A DNA stretch of 32,167 nt, taken from assembly GCA_964538105.1 (NCBI GenBank), contig CAZIFP010000002.1, forward strand, positions 1 through 32,167, in the 5' to 3' direction. The notes under the pieces were generated by a model. The model saw only the letters and a program-made list of their open reading frames with translations, was not told the origin of the DNA and made no database searches. The DNA is from an uncultured Bifidobacteriaceae bacterium (GTDB lineage Bacteria > Verrucomicrobiota > Verrucomicrobiia > Limisphaerales > UBA11358). The translations under genes and the position numbers were made by a program. Of the stretch, positions 17,371 through 25,971 are shown one piece after another; the stretch's first letter is position 1, and every line of letters starts with the position of its first letter.

Positions 17371-17600
17371 ATTTGGCTGCGCATCCTGCTGGTGGATGGC
17401 GGCTACAACGGCGAAACGTTCGCTCAATGGGTCAAAGGACTCCGCCCCACAAACTGGCCGTCGTCGTCAAACGCTCCGATGACACCTCTGGTTTCAAAGT
17501 CCTGCCGCGATCACGAAACCACTGGAACCAGCGCCGTGGCGTGGATTTACATCGCCATGATCCAGATTCAACTCCGCGACCGGCCTGATTCCTCATCCAT
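17371..17600 (+). pseudogene. Remnant of the 3' end of an IS5-family (DDE) transposase gene
   Basis: Frame A reads LLVDGGYNGETFAQWVKGL, frame B reads KLAVVVKRSDDTSGFKVLPR, and frame A resumes with RDHETTGTSAVAWIYIAMIQIQLRDR. Together these match the IS5-type C-terminus (ADGGY.GE.F..WV ... VVKR....GF.VLPRRWVVERTFAWL..RRLSKDYE..SEA.IY.AMI.LMLRRL). The match requires two frameshifts and loss of the RWVVERTFAWL block. The N-terminal two-thirds are absent. Confidence 0.55.
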
Positions 17601-17619
17601 CATGATTTTCAAACAGAGT

Positions 17620-18495
17620 CTAATCCGCCGGCGTGTGCTGCGCCAGCCAGGCCATGTCCGCATTTTGGGTATAAGTTACTCCCCCGGTTCCCGGATACTT
17701 TGTGTATGTGACCGGAACACGGAACGCGCTGGTGGTCCATTTATGAACCTCCGCATGGCCGTCGGCAAAGGAAATTCCGCAACCGCCGCCCAGATAGCTT
17801 GAGGGCACCTCGATCAGTGTTCCCGTTCCGCCCGTTGCCCGCGGATCGTCGTAAAAGATCCCGTCGTCAATGCTGTCCGGGTGCTCATTGATAAACACCC
17901 AGCTCGAACTTGGGCCTGGATTCATCAACTGGCTCATCTTCCCCGCCACGAAAAATGGACTAAGAGTTGAAAGCGAGGCCGGCGGTTTAACACCACCACC
18001 GGCCACCCCAACGGGACCGCCAACGGCCGCATCCATGGCGACGCTCCGGGCCCGATGGTGAACAATTGCGCCAAAAGTCAGGGCCCGCTGCAGGGGAGAT
18101 AGAAAGACATCCCCCGGCGAGGTGTAAATTGCAGATTGACCGGCACAATACTGGGCCAGCTTATTGGTCGCAAGGTATGCCACGTTTGTGTTGGCCGTGG
18201 CGGTGCCCCAATCCATGTGACATTGCCCGGGAATCCACGACTCAACTCCGTTGACGGCTGCCGACTGGTCGGCATTGAGCACCAACGTGTCGCTGTTGTC
18301 CCCGGCATACATATACCACGCCAGCATCAACTGCTTTTTATTGCTCATGTCCATCGTTATCTGCGCCTTCGTCTTGGCGGCGGAGAGGGCTGGCAATAAC
18401 ATGGCGGCGAGGATGGCAATGATGGCAATCACCACCAACAACTCGATCAAGGTGAAGCCGCTGGGCTTGGCATTATTCTTTGTTTGCAAATACAT
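17620..18495 (-). CDS. Prepilin-type N-terminal cleavage/methylation protein, H-X9-DG family-like (variant without the His)
   Basis: The ATG at 18495 gives [45 protein letters not shown], a class III signal with a G|FTLIELL site. The C-terminus is [18 protein letters not shown]. The ORF-track GTG at 18513 is less likely. Confidence 0.85.
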   Translation of the reverse strand: MYLQTKNNAKPSGFTLIELLVVIAIIAILAAMLLPALSAAKTKAQITMDMSNKKQLMLAWYMYAGDNSDTLVLNADQSAAVNGVESWIPGQCHMDWGTATANTNVAYLATNKLAQYCAGQSAIYTSPGDVFLSPLQRALTFGAIVHHRARSVAMDAAVGGPVGVAGGGVKPPASLSTLSPFFVAGKMSQLMNPGPSSSWVFINEHPDSIDDGIFYDDPRATGGTGTLIEVPSSYLGGGCGISFADGHAEVHKWTTSAFRVPVTYTKYPGTGGVTYTQNADMAWLAQHTPAD

Positions 18496-18563
18496 GGCAG
18501 ATTTCCCGTCCACACCAAAGCACGAACTCTGGCGTGGAACGGGTGGCGGTGATCATTTATTAA

Positions 18564-20468
18564 TCAAAACGGCTGGATCAACTGGAAGAAGCTAGCGCCG
18601 GCGCCCACCGGGTAATTCGTCGCGTTCTGGCCATCGGTGTTGGTCAGCTCCAGCCACGCGCCCGTGGTCAGGTTTGTCTTCGTCTGCAAATAGACGCCCG
18701 GAAGACCCAGCCAGGTGATCGGAACTATCCCGGCTGATTTTGATCCGATGGCCAGATTGCCGAACGCCGGTTCCTGAACCATGCTGCCGAATGTATCCTC
18801 CGGCAGGACATAGCTCCCTGTGGACCGGATATAACGGACGTGATTGGTGCCGCCGAGAGCCTCAATGGGAAGGCCGTTGAAGGTATATTGATAGGAAAGC
18901 TTCAACGGGTATCCCCCCGGAATCGATCCCGACGGAACCGGCACCGTGATTGTATAGACCTCGCTGCCCACTGGATTGTTTGCCATCTGGAAATTACCCA
19001 ACGGGTTGCCCGCCGGCGCGTTGGTCCACGGATCAAACGAGTAGTATCCCACCGAATTGGTAATATCCATGCCGTTAAGATAAACATTGTCCGTGCTGGG
19101 ATTGAATACTGACAAATCCGTTCCCACCGCGTTGGTCATGTTCACAGTAAAGGTCACCATGGTGGGGGCCGGCAGCACGGTGTAGGTTGATACGTCGTCG
19201 AAATAAACCGTGGGCAGGGTCAAATTGCTTCTGGTTACACTCGGCATGGCGATTTCCCGGTTTTGATTGCCGCCAAGAACTGAGGGAAAGCCAGGGTAGG
19301 TATGGGTGGGATTGTTTTCGTAGTTGCCATTGACGTAACCAAACTTGAATTGTGTCGTGGCGCCGTATCCATTGGTGATAAATATTGTCGTGCTGTAGAT
19401 GTTGGTGTTGGCGGCGTTGGGATTATTCGTGCAGGTGTTCAAGCCGGTTGTATCCCAATTGTTGAAATCCCCGCTCAAGCGAATTTGTTGACTGCCCATT
19501 TCCCCGTCCAAAACTTCACGGGTCATGTCCACCGAGAAGGTGAACTGGTTTGTTCCAATTGGCGCGAAGGGCTGGTCGCTGAAAAAGACAATCGGATACA
19601 CGGTGTTGGTGGTCAGAAAAAAGAAGCGGTTTTCGCTGTTTTGCTGGATTCCGTTAACGGGGCTAGGGGCTTCGTATACGGCAGATGGCTGGATTCTATA
19701 TTTGAATTGTCCATTCTGCCCTGCTGAACCGGCAATGGGATTGGCGAGATTTCCGACATATACATTGGAACTCACCAAACCAAACTGGTTGGTTCTCAAA
19801 ATGGTGGGATCATTGGTCAAGGTGTTGCCGCTGGGGGTGGTGCCCTGGCCGAACCCGAAATTATTGCCGCTGCCCAAGCTGCCGTCGACTTCCACCGTTT
19901 GGGTCGCGGGATTGAAAGTCCCAAGGGCGATTTGCTGCGACATGTCCACTTGGAACCAAGGGTTGGCAGTGGTAATTCCTTGGGGGGATGAACTGTTGGG
20001 CCCTTGATCGGCGAAGAACTGAAGGGGCAAAGTCAGACTCTGCTGCCCGCTGCCTGCGGGCAAAAGCGTGACCCGGTTGTCGTTGTAAGTCGCCGTTGTT
20101 TCATAGCCGCTTGCGGCAGGGGCGCTGGCGCTAATCCCAGGGGAATAAAACTTATATTGCATTTGGGCACCGTTGGTCTGAAACGTATAGTCAACCGTTA
20201 CCATATAAAGATTGGTATTGACGCCAGCGGGATTGTTGGTCAGCAGGATGCCAACGCTATTGATATTCGTATAGGTAGGAGGGGTTCCATCGGGACCAAA
20301 CGTTCGCACATAAAGCGAACTCACCCCGTTGGTGAAGTAGCCATTTTGAACCTGATACGTCATGTCACACTGAAAGGTGACAAGTGTGTCTGCGTAAACC
20401 GACCCGGCGGTGCCCAGCATAAGCCCGGCAAACAACGTGGACGAAAGAACGGCAGTTATGTTCTTCAT
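18564..20468 (-). CDS. Secreted protein with four tandem ~125-aa CBM20/CBM48-like beta-sandwich modules and a C-terminal FFQL module
   Basis: 634 aa with signal peptide MKNITAVLSSTLFAGLMLGTAGSVYA. Module heads repeat as VTFQCDMTYQV, WFQVDMSQQI, FTFSVDMTREV...RLSGDFNNWDT and VTFTVNMTNAV...VYLNG, resembling starch/glycogen-binding modules (VTF.V.M ... G.FN.W). The C-terminus is YLQTKTNLTTGAW...ASFFQLIQPF. Confidence 0.7.
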   Translation of the reverse strand: MKNITAVLSSTLFAGLMLGTAGSVYADTLVTFQCDMTYQVQNGYFTNGVSSLYVRTFGPDGTPPTYTNINSVGILLTNNPAGVNTNLYMVTVDYTFQTNGAQMQYKFYSPGISASAPAASGYETTATYNDNRVTLLPAGSGQQSLTLPLQFFADQGPNSSSPQGITTANPWFQVDMSQQIALGTFNPATQTVEVDGSLGSGNNFGFGQGTTPSGNTLTNDPTILRTNQFGLVSSNVYVGNLANPIAGSAGQNGQFKYRIQPSAVYEAPSPVNGIQQNSENRFFFLTTNTVYPIVFFSDQPFAPIGTNQFTFSVDMTREVLDGEMGSQQIRLSGDFNNWDTTGLNTCTNNPNAANTNIYSTTIFITNGYGATTQFKFGYVNGNYENNPTHTYPGFPSVLGGNQNREIAMPSVTRSNLTLPTVYFDDVSTYTVLPAPTMVTFTVNMTNAVGTDLSVFNPSTDNVYLNGMDITNSVGYYSFDPWTNAPAGNPLGNFQMANNPVGSEVYTITVPVPSGSIPGGYPLKLSYQYTFNGLPIEALGGTNHVRYIRSTGSYVLPEDTFGSMVQEPAFGNLAIGSKSAGIVPITWLGLPGVYLQTKTNLTTGAWLELTNTDGQNATNYPVGAGASFFQLIQPF

Positions 20469-20546
20469 AATTAAATATATTGGTTATTGGTTTGGGTATA
20501 GGTGTTCTTACTTGCGTTACAATAAGCCCGAACCTTGTGTCCCGCC

Positions 20547-20569
20547 TAGCCCCCAAAAACTGGGGATTT
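20547..20569 (-). promoter_or_regulatory. Box copy b: AAATCCCCAGTTTTTGGGGGCTA
   Basis: Intergenic. It lies 18 nt after the GH13 stop (20584), and its core edge is 81 nt upstream of the ATG at 20468. Confidence 0.6.
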
Positions 20570-20583
20570 CGTGGAATCTGAAT

Positions 20584-22677
20584 TTAGTTTGGCGGCGATG
20601 CTTTGCCAGTGCCGACGCAGCGGAAACGTGACTCGAACCCGGCGTAAAATGTTTTTCGGGAATCGGCGGCGCGCGCCGTGTCGCCGAGATGCACGGTGAC
20701 CAGCGTGAGCGGCTGGAAGCCGGGGCTTTCCGGTGTGAACGTCATCTCGTCGCCTGCGGCCGTCCAGGTAAACGCGCCTTTCACCGGCGGCTCTGTTGAG
20801 AACGCACGTTCGACGCTGGCATTGTTCATAGGCTGACTGAAATGAATCACCATCGGCGCGGTTGGCAGAATTTCGCTGGCGTCGTGTGCGGGTGAAATGG
20901 CGGTTACCACCGGATCGAGCGGACGGATTTCGGATTTGGCGACGAAAATTTTTGCTGACGTGCCCGGCACGACAATGGGCGGTGTTTGCCCGCCGGCCTG
21001 CGCGGTAACAGTTTCCTTTTCGTCAAGCACGTTGACCAATTTTGTTCCCGCCGGGTATGTCGCCGGACATGCCGGCAGGATTTGGTTCGTCTCCGCCGTG
21101 TTGAAAACCACGAACGCTTCCTGCGGGCCGAGCCGCCGCGTGTAGGCGAACAGGCCGGGACCGGTGGCGTCGCTCCACAGATTCGATTGAACGCCGGTTT
21201 GCAGCTCCGGATACAACCGCCGGAAATTATTCAGCTTGGCGACGAGCTGAAAAAGCGGATGCGTCATGTTGAAGTTGTCGCCGAGCGACGGTCCCCACTC
21301 GAATTGTCCGGCGAACATGTCTTCCCGATCGAATGGATCCTTCTTTCCATTGAAGGCCTGCTCCGTGCCGTAATACAAACATGGAATGCCGCGCGCGGTG
21401 TAGAGAAAAACCAGCGCCACCTTGAGCCGTTCCAGATTATTACTCGCGCCTTTGTCGCTCAAAAAGCGGGGCTGGTCATGATTGTCGAGAAATGTCACCA
21501 GCCGCGTTTGCGCCGACGGATCATAATCGCGCGCCACCGCCGAGTAGTGATCTTGAAGCTGTTTTGTATTGCCGGTCGCGGTGGCAAACACGCTGTTGAT
21601 TTTGAAATACAGCGGATAGTCCACGGTCGAATCCAGCTTGAACGGGCCGCCGTCTTTTGCGCCGACATAGGAACTGCACTTGGCGTCGGCGTGATCCAGC
21701 ACTTCGCCGAACATAAAAAAATCCGGCCTGCCGTGCGCCGCCGCGAACGCACGGACGGCCGGACACCATTCCTGCCAGAATCCCATCTCGACATGTTTGA
21801 CAGTGTCAATGCGGAAGCCGTCGAAGCCCGCTTGCTCGATCCAATACTCGTAAATTTTCTCCATCTGTGTCCGCACATAGGGCGTTTCGGTGCGAAAATC
21901 ATCGAGACCGCTCAGTTCGCCCAGCTCTACCTGGGTTGGATCATGGTAATCATGGATGAAGCCGTTGTTGTGAAACAGATTTGTGAGCGACGGATTGGTG
22001 GCATTGAGATCAAATGGCGGCGGATATTGTTTGGCGGGATCGCGGAACCGCAAATGGTATCCATCCGGCGGATATTTGAAAGCCGGGTAGCCCGGATCGG
22101 CGCTGTCCACGAGGTTGCCGCCGTGATTCACCACGATGTCGTCAATGACCAGGATGCCGCGAGCGTGAGCCGCTTTAATCATGTGCTGCAAATCCGCCAG
22201 CGTGCCCCAGTGCGGATCCACCTTGTAAAAATCCACCCCGGCGTAACCGTGAAATTCGCCGCGCTCATTCAACACGACCGGCGAAATCCAGATGGCCGTC
22301 GCGCCGAGCGATTTGATGTAATCCAGTTTTTCCTCGATGCCCTTGAAATCGCCGCCGTGAACGGACGTTCCCCGGTGGCCGGCCGGATCGTAATTGCCGT
22401 CGGCATTGTCGTTTGACGGGTCGCCGTCGTAAAAGCGGTCGGTGATGATTTGATAAATGCTTTGCGCCTGCCAGAAACTGTTGGAAACCGATTGGGCTTC
22501 TGTTTGTGCCGCGAGAAAAACAGACGCCGCGATGATGAACGAAGCACCAATCTTCAAACTCGCTTTGCGCGGGTTTGGGAGCTTTGTTCTTGAAGTTTCT
22601 CTGGATGTTGGAGCCTGGTGTTTGGAACTTTTGCCTTCCAATTCTTTCCGCTGAAAACTTCGGAATGGCCCGATCAT
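20584..22677 (-). CDS. GH13 alpha-amylase-family glycosidase with C-terminal Ig-like domain
   Basis: GH13 regions are GGDFKGIEEKLDYIKSLGATAIWISPV, VVNHGG, GFDGFRIDTVKHV, FGEVLD and FLDNHDQPRF. The C-terminus resembles an SbsA/Big_5 Ig domain (PVVTAISPAHDASEI...). The ATG at 22677 overlaps the upstream stop (ATGA). A 40-aa basic leader precedes the signal peptide, and an alternative TTG at 22557 would start directly at MKIGASFIIAASVFLAAQTEAQS. Confidence 0.9.
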   Translation of the reverse strand: MIGPFRSFQRKELEGKSSKHQAPTSRETSRTKLPNPRKASLKIGASFIIAASVFLAAQTEAQSVSNSFWQAQSIYQIITDRFYDGDPSNDNADGNYDPAGHRGTSVHGGDFKGIEEKLDYIKSLGATAIWISPVVLNERGEFHGYAGVDFYKVDPHWGTLADLQHMIKAAHARGILVIDDIVVNHGGNLVDSADPGYPAFKYPPDGYHLRFRDPAKQYPPPFDLNATNPSLTNLFHNNGFIHDYHDPTQVELGELSGLDDFRTETPYVRTQMEKIYEYWIEQAGFDGFRIDTVKHVEMGFWQEWCPAVRAFAAAHGRPDFFMFGEVLDHADAKCSSYVGAKDGGPFKLDSTVDYPLYFKINSVFATATGNTKQLQDHYSAVARDYDPSAQTRLVTFLDNHDQPRFLSDKGASNNLERLKVALVFLYTARGIPCLYYGTEQAFNGKKDPFDREDMFAGQFEWGPSLGDNFNMTHPLFQLVAKLNNFRRLYPELQTGVQSNLWSDATGPGLFAYTRRLGPQEAFVVFNTAETNQILPACPATYPAGTKLVNVLDEKETVTAQAGGQTPPIVVPGTSAKIFVAKSEIRPLDPVVTAISPAHDASEILPTAPMVIHFSQPMNNASVERAFSTEPPVKGAFTWTAAGDEMTFTPESPGFQPLTLVTVHLGDTARAADSRKTFYAGFESRFRCVGTGKASPPN

Positions 22678-24941
22678 TTCGTCTGCGTTTCCAATATCAC
22701 CGTCATTTTACGGACGGGATCGCCGGACGATTTGTCAACCGGCGTGTTCGTGTCAACGTTGATCACCACCGTGAAATGACGGGTGACCGGATCGTATTGG
22801 ACATCGTCATCTTCTCCGAGCAGCACCGTTGCCTTCGGCGCCGACGGCGCGTAGCCGTGCAGCACGACGGATTTTTCATTGGCCGCCAGCACGACGCCGA
22901 CCGTCAACTTGCCGGCTTCATCGTGGAGCGATTCAATCCGTTGTCTGCCCGTGCCGACAAATTTGTCCTTGTCGCCGAGAAAAGCGATGCCACTTTTGCC
23001 GACCGGCGCCACGACATAAAACGCGCTGGCGTCCTTGCCCAGCGGCGCGGAGAATTTGGCGCGGGCATCCAGCCGTTGAGACGCGCCGGAAAAATAATCA
23101 TAAACGTAAGCCGGCCCGTTCACACCGAGTTCGCCGAGCGTGAAATGGACTTTGTCATCCGGCGTCTTGGGCCGGTTGAAAGCGAAGACATATTCGGTTT
23201 TGATTCCGTCACGGTCCGTGTAGGTGCTGGCAGTCATCGGCACCGCTTTTTTCTCCGCGTCGGCGACGTAGCTGCGATCCAGCGGCACGATGGACGCATC
23301 GGGTTTGACAATCACCCCGTCGGCGCGGACAGCCTGAAAAAGATTGGCCTTGTTTTCGGCGCCCATCGCATCACCGGTGCCAACCGGCCCTGCGGAAAGC
23401 GTGGACAGCAGGACGTTGTTGATTTCGCCGCTCATGTAAACATCCGCCCACGGCCAGATGCCCATCGAGGAGGCCAGACGTGAGGTGTAGAGAAAATCAT
23501 TCCACTTGTTGGTATTGAACCGGTCGCCGCTGGTGCGGATGCTCGTCAAATTTTCGTAGCGGCTGCCCTGCAGAAAATAGCATGGATACGGCATGCAATA
23601 TTGCATCGTGATGCCCTGTTCCTGGCAGGCACGCGCCATATTGTCGAGAAAGGCCGCACCAGTATCCACGTTGCTGCTGAACGCCGGGGAATAGGTGTAG
23701 ATGCGGTCCAGCCAGTCCTGCTCGTAGGTGGCAATGCCGGAAGCCTTCATGTAATCCGCAATGCTGTCCCACCATTTCGGATCCACGGCGGCGACGCCGG
23801 AAATTTCATAGCGTTGATGATATGGGCTGGCCGGGTCAATCCAGCGGTTGTGGGTGATGAGCGGCAGACCGACTGTCTTTTGAAAGGCATCCAGTCCGTT
23901 CGGGAAAAGATCGGTATGCGCCCTGTATTCCAGCAGGCCGCCGTAGCGGTTCCATTCGCCCGCCGGCAGCCTGTTCGATTTTTTCTCCTTGCCCGGCTTG
24001 CCATCGGCATCCGTGGTCGTCTTGTAATACCACCACGAATCCAGTTGCAGGTAGCGGATGGGAATCTGCTCCTGGCGATAGCGCTCCACCAGCGACTGGA
24101 GCGTGCCGGCGTAGCCTTTGTCAAAATCGTAATTGTAATAATAGTTTGCGCCGTTGTCGGTCCAGTAACCCAGATATTTCAGCACCGCATCCGCGTCATC
24201 GGCCGGCCGCTTCGAACCTTGCAAATCAACCAATGCGCGGCCCCACAAATCCCAGGTTTTGTTGATTCCCTTGCCGAACGCCACGATCGTTTGCTGCGTG
24301 AAACCCGCCGGCAAATTCCGCAAATTTGGATTGAAGCCGCTGGCCACCTCCTTCCGGCCATCCCCAATCATGCTGGCGACCATGAAATGCGACGCGGGTG
24401 AAATGACGAAGGCGTCGACGTCGTCATCGAACAGCAGCCACGGCGTCGAGATTTCGGTGGTGCTGAAATCCGGCGGCGCAAATTCATGATGACCGTAGCT
24501 GAAAATGTGCAACGACTCCGGCAGCTTGGTGAACGCCGGGAAAGCGGCGGGCGGCGTTTCCTCCGCCGCGCCACACGTCTGCGAAAACAGCGCCAGCGCC
24601 TTTTCATTGTAAATCCGGATCTGGCCGCTCATCAGCTTTTGTCCATCCTGCCACTCAAAGGCAATCTGCTGATAGTCGCCAATCACATCACGACCTTGAC
24701 TGGCTGCCACATTTTTGAGGGACTGATTCACGCTGCCGCTGAAATTCCACGCCGGCTGTTTGGCGGTGAGTTGATAGCTGCCAGTGCTTGCGTCCAGTCG
24801 CAGGGACACACCGCTGGCGGAACTGATGACCGCCGCTTCGCAGCGATTCGCCGCCAACATCAGCGCAAAGGCAGCGAAGAAAGGTTGGAAAATAGACTTC
24901 CAAACCCGGCGACGACAATCCTGTGAAGATGAATTCATCAT
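22674..24941 (-). CDS. Secreted putative glycoside hydrolase, (beta/alpha)8 + beta-sandwich, clan GH-D-like, family unassigned
   Basis: 755 aa with ATG at 24941 and a signal peptide ending LAANRCEA. KYLGYWTDNGANYYYNY and IRYLQLDSWWYYK recall the FGWC.WDAFY / IDDGW strands of GH27/GH36/raffinose-synthase-type enzymes. The C-terminal Greek-key-like tail reads PAYVYDYFSG...FYVVAPV. I cannot place it in a named family by eye. Confidence 0.45.
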   Translation of the reverse strand: MMNSSSQDCRRRVWKSIFQPFFAAFALMLAANRCEAAVISSASGVSLRLDASTGSYQLTAKQPAWNFSGSVNQSLKNVAASQGRDVIGDYQQIAFEWQDGQKLMSGQIRIYNEKALALFSQTCGAAEETPPAAFPAFTKLPESLHIFSYGHHEFAPPDFSTTEISTPWLLFDDDVDAFVISPASHFMVASMIGDGRKEVASGFNPNLRNLPAGFTQQTIVAFGKGINKTWDLWGRALVDLQGSKRPADDADAVLKYLGYWTDNGANYYYNYDFDKGYAGTLQSLVERYRQEQIPIRYLQLDSWWYYKTTTDADGKPGKEKKSNRLPAGEWNRYGGLLEYRAHTDLFPNGLDAFQKTVGLPLITHNRWIDPASPYHQRYEISGVAAVDPKWWDSIADYMKASGIATYEQDWLDRIYTYSPAFSSNVDTGAAFLDNMARACQEQGITMQYCMPYPCYFLQGSRYENLTSIRTSGDRFNTNKWNDFLYTSRLASSMGIWPWADVYMSGEINNVLLSTLSAGPVGTGDAMGAENKANLFQAVRADGVIVKPDASIVPLDRSYVADAEKKAVPMTASTYTDRDGIKTEYVFAFNRPKTPDDKVHFTLGELGVNGPAYVYDYFSGASQRLDARAKFSAPLGKDASAFYVVAPVGKSGIAFLGDKDKFVGTGRQRIESLHDEAGKLTVGVVLAANEKSVVLHGYAPSAPKATVLLGEDDDVQYDPVTRHFTVVINVDTNTPVDKSSGDPVRKMTVILETQTK

Positions 24942-24967
24942 TAATGATTATGCGCAGTGGATGACGT

Positions 24968-24993
24968 CTGGCCAGCCCCAAAAAACTGGGGTA
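24968..24993 (-). promoter_or_regulatory. Box copy c: TACCCCAGTTTTTTGGGGCTGGCCAG
   Basis: It sits in the 82-bp gap between the prepilin-like stop (25024) and the glycosidase ATG (24941). The core edge is 34 nt from the ATG. Confidence 0.6.
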
Positions 24994-25023
24994 ATTGCAC
25001 GACATAGGTAAGATTCAATTGCT

Positions 25024-25890
25024 TTATTGCTGGCTGCTGGTCCGTTGTTGCAGCCAAGTCATGTCATCGGGCGAATTCTTGCCGAGGTCCGGACAGGGAT
25101 TCACCCTTGCGACGGGTGCTTTGGTGTTTACGTCCAGCCATTGCTTGATTTCCGAATGGCCATCGGCGAAAGACAATCCGGCGGCCCCCCCATGAGTCGA
25201 AGCGGGCAGTTCGACCCAGTTGGCAGCGGAGCCTCCCTGCATGGGCACCTTAAAATAATCGTCATCAATGCTGTCCGGGCATTCGCAGATCAACACCCAC
25301 GTCTTCGCAGGGCCGGGATTGGCACAGTCGCTGGTTTTCAAAAATCTGCGCCAGCCGGGATTATCTTTCCCATTGAAATTCATTGTGTCGCCCACGAAAC
25401 CATTCATCGCGTAGCTCCGCACCCGCGGACCCCACCGGCCGGGATAAATGTCCGCCGGACACTTGAAAATTCCAACGTTCTTGACCACATACGGACCGAT
25501 CTCGCCACCGGTCAAATAAATGGTATTTGTATTTTCGGTGCTGGGATATTTTGGGGGCAGATCCCAACTCATATTGCCGGTGACCCAGGCATTGAAGTTG
25601 ATGATGTTTCCGGTGTTATCGGGAAATGCCTGATGGTTGTCATCGGCATACATTTCGATCGCCAACTGCACCTGCTTGAGATTGTTCATGCAGTATATTG
25701 TCTGCGCCTTTTGCTTTGCCTTGCTCAAAACCGGGAGCAACATCGCCGCCAGAATGGCGATGATGGCGATGACAACGAGCAGTTCGATGAGTGTGAACGC
25801 CGCCCTCGTCGTTCCGCAGCCTGGCCGGGAAACCCGTTGGGGCGATTCCCCGGGGAAAATGCTCCGATGTTTCTTCTGATGTAGGTTCAC
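25024..25890 (-). CDS. Prepilin-type N-terminal cleavage/methylation protein with C-terminal H-X9-DG motif
   Basis: GTG start at 25890. The N-terminal part reads ...[45 protein letters not shown]. The C-terminus [23 protein letters not shown] fits H-X9-DG exactly (H, 9 residues, DG). Confidence 0.85.
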   Translation of the reverse strand: MNLHQKKHRSIFPGESPQRVSRPGCGTTRAAFTLIELLVVIAIIAILAAMLLPVLSKAKQKAQTIYCMNNLKQVQLAIEMYADDNHQAFPDNTGNIINFNAWVTGNMSWDLPPKYPSTENTNTIYLTGGEIGPYVVKNVGIFKCPADIYPGRWGPRVRSYAMNGFVGDTMNFNGKDNPGWRRFLKTSDCANPGPAKTWVLICECPDSIDDDYFKVPMQGGSAANWVELPASTHGGAAGLSFADGHSEIKQWLDVNTKAPVARVNPCPDLGKNSPDDMTWLQQRTSSQQ

Positions 25891-25920
25891 TAACTCTAAT
25901 TTATGCGAGAAGTTTCCAAA

Positions 25921-25944
25921 CTGACCAGCCCCAAAAACCTGTGG
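25921..25944 (-). promoter_or_regulatory. Box copy d (degenerate): CCACAGGTTTTTGGGGCTGGTCAG
   Basis: It sits in the 81-bp gap between the response-regulator stop (25972) and the prepilin-like start (25890). The core edge is 38 nt from the start. The left arm is degenerate (CCACAG for CCCCAG). Confidence 0.5.
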
Positions 25945-25971
25945 TAGTGGAAACGGCTGCCGGCGCGAACC

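Noticed and set aside
20986-22416. Long antisense ORFs such as 20986..22416 (476 aa). Others are 1726..3090, 5487..6350, 7005..7646, 9931..10686, 13025..13651, 16664..17482, 22575..23483, 23601..24401, 25027..25884, 26029..26847 and 28819..29610.
   Set aside because: All lie opposite genes with strong family motifs. They are Arg/Gly/Ala/Val-rich and have no recognisable domains or start context. This is the typical shadow-ORF behaviour of GC-rich coding DNA.
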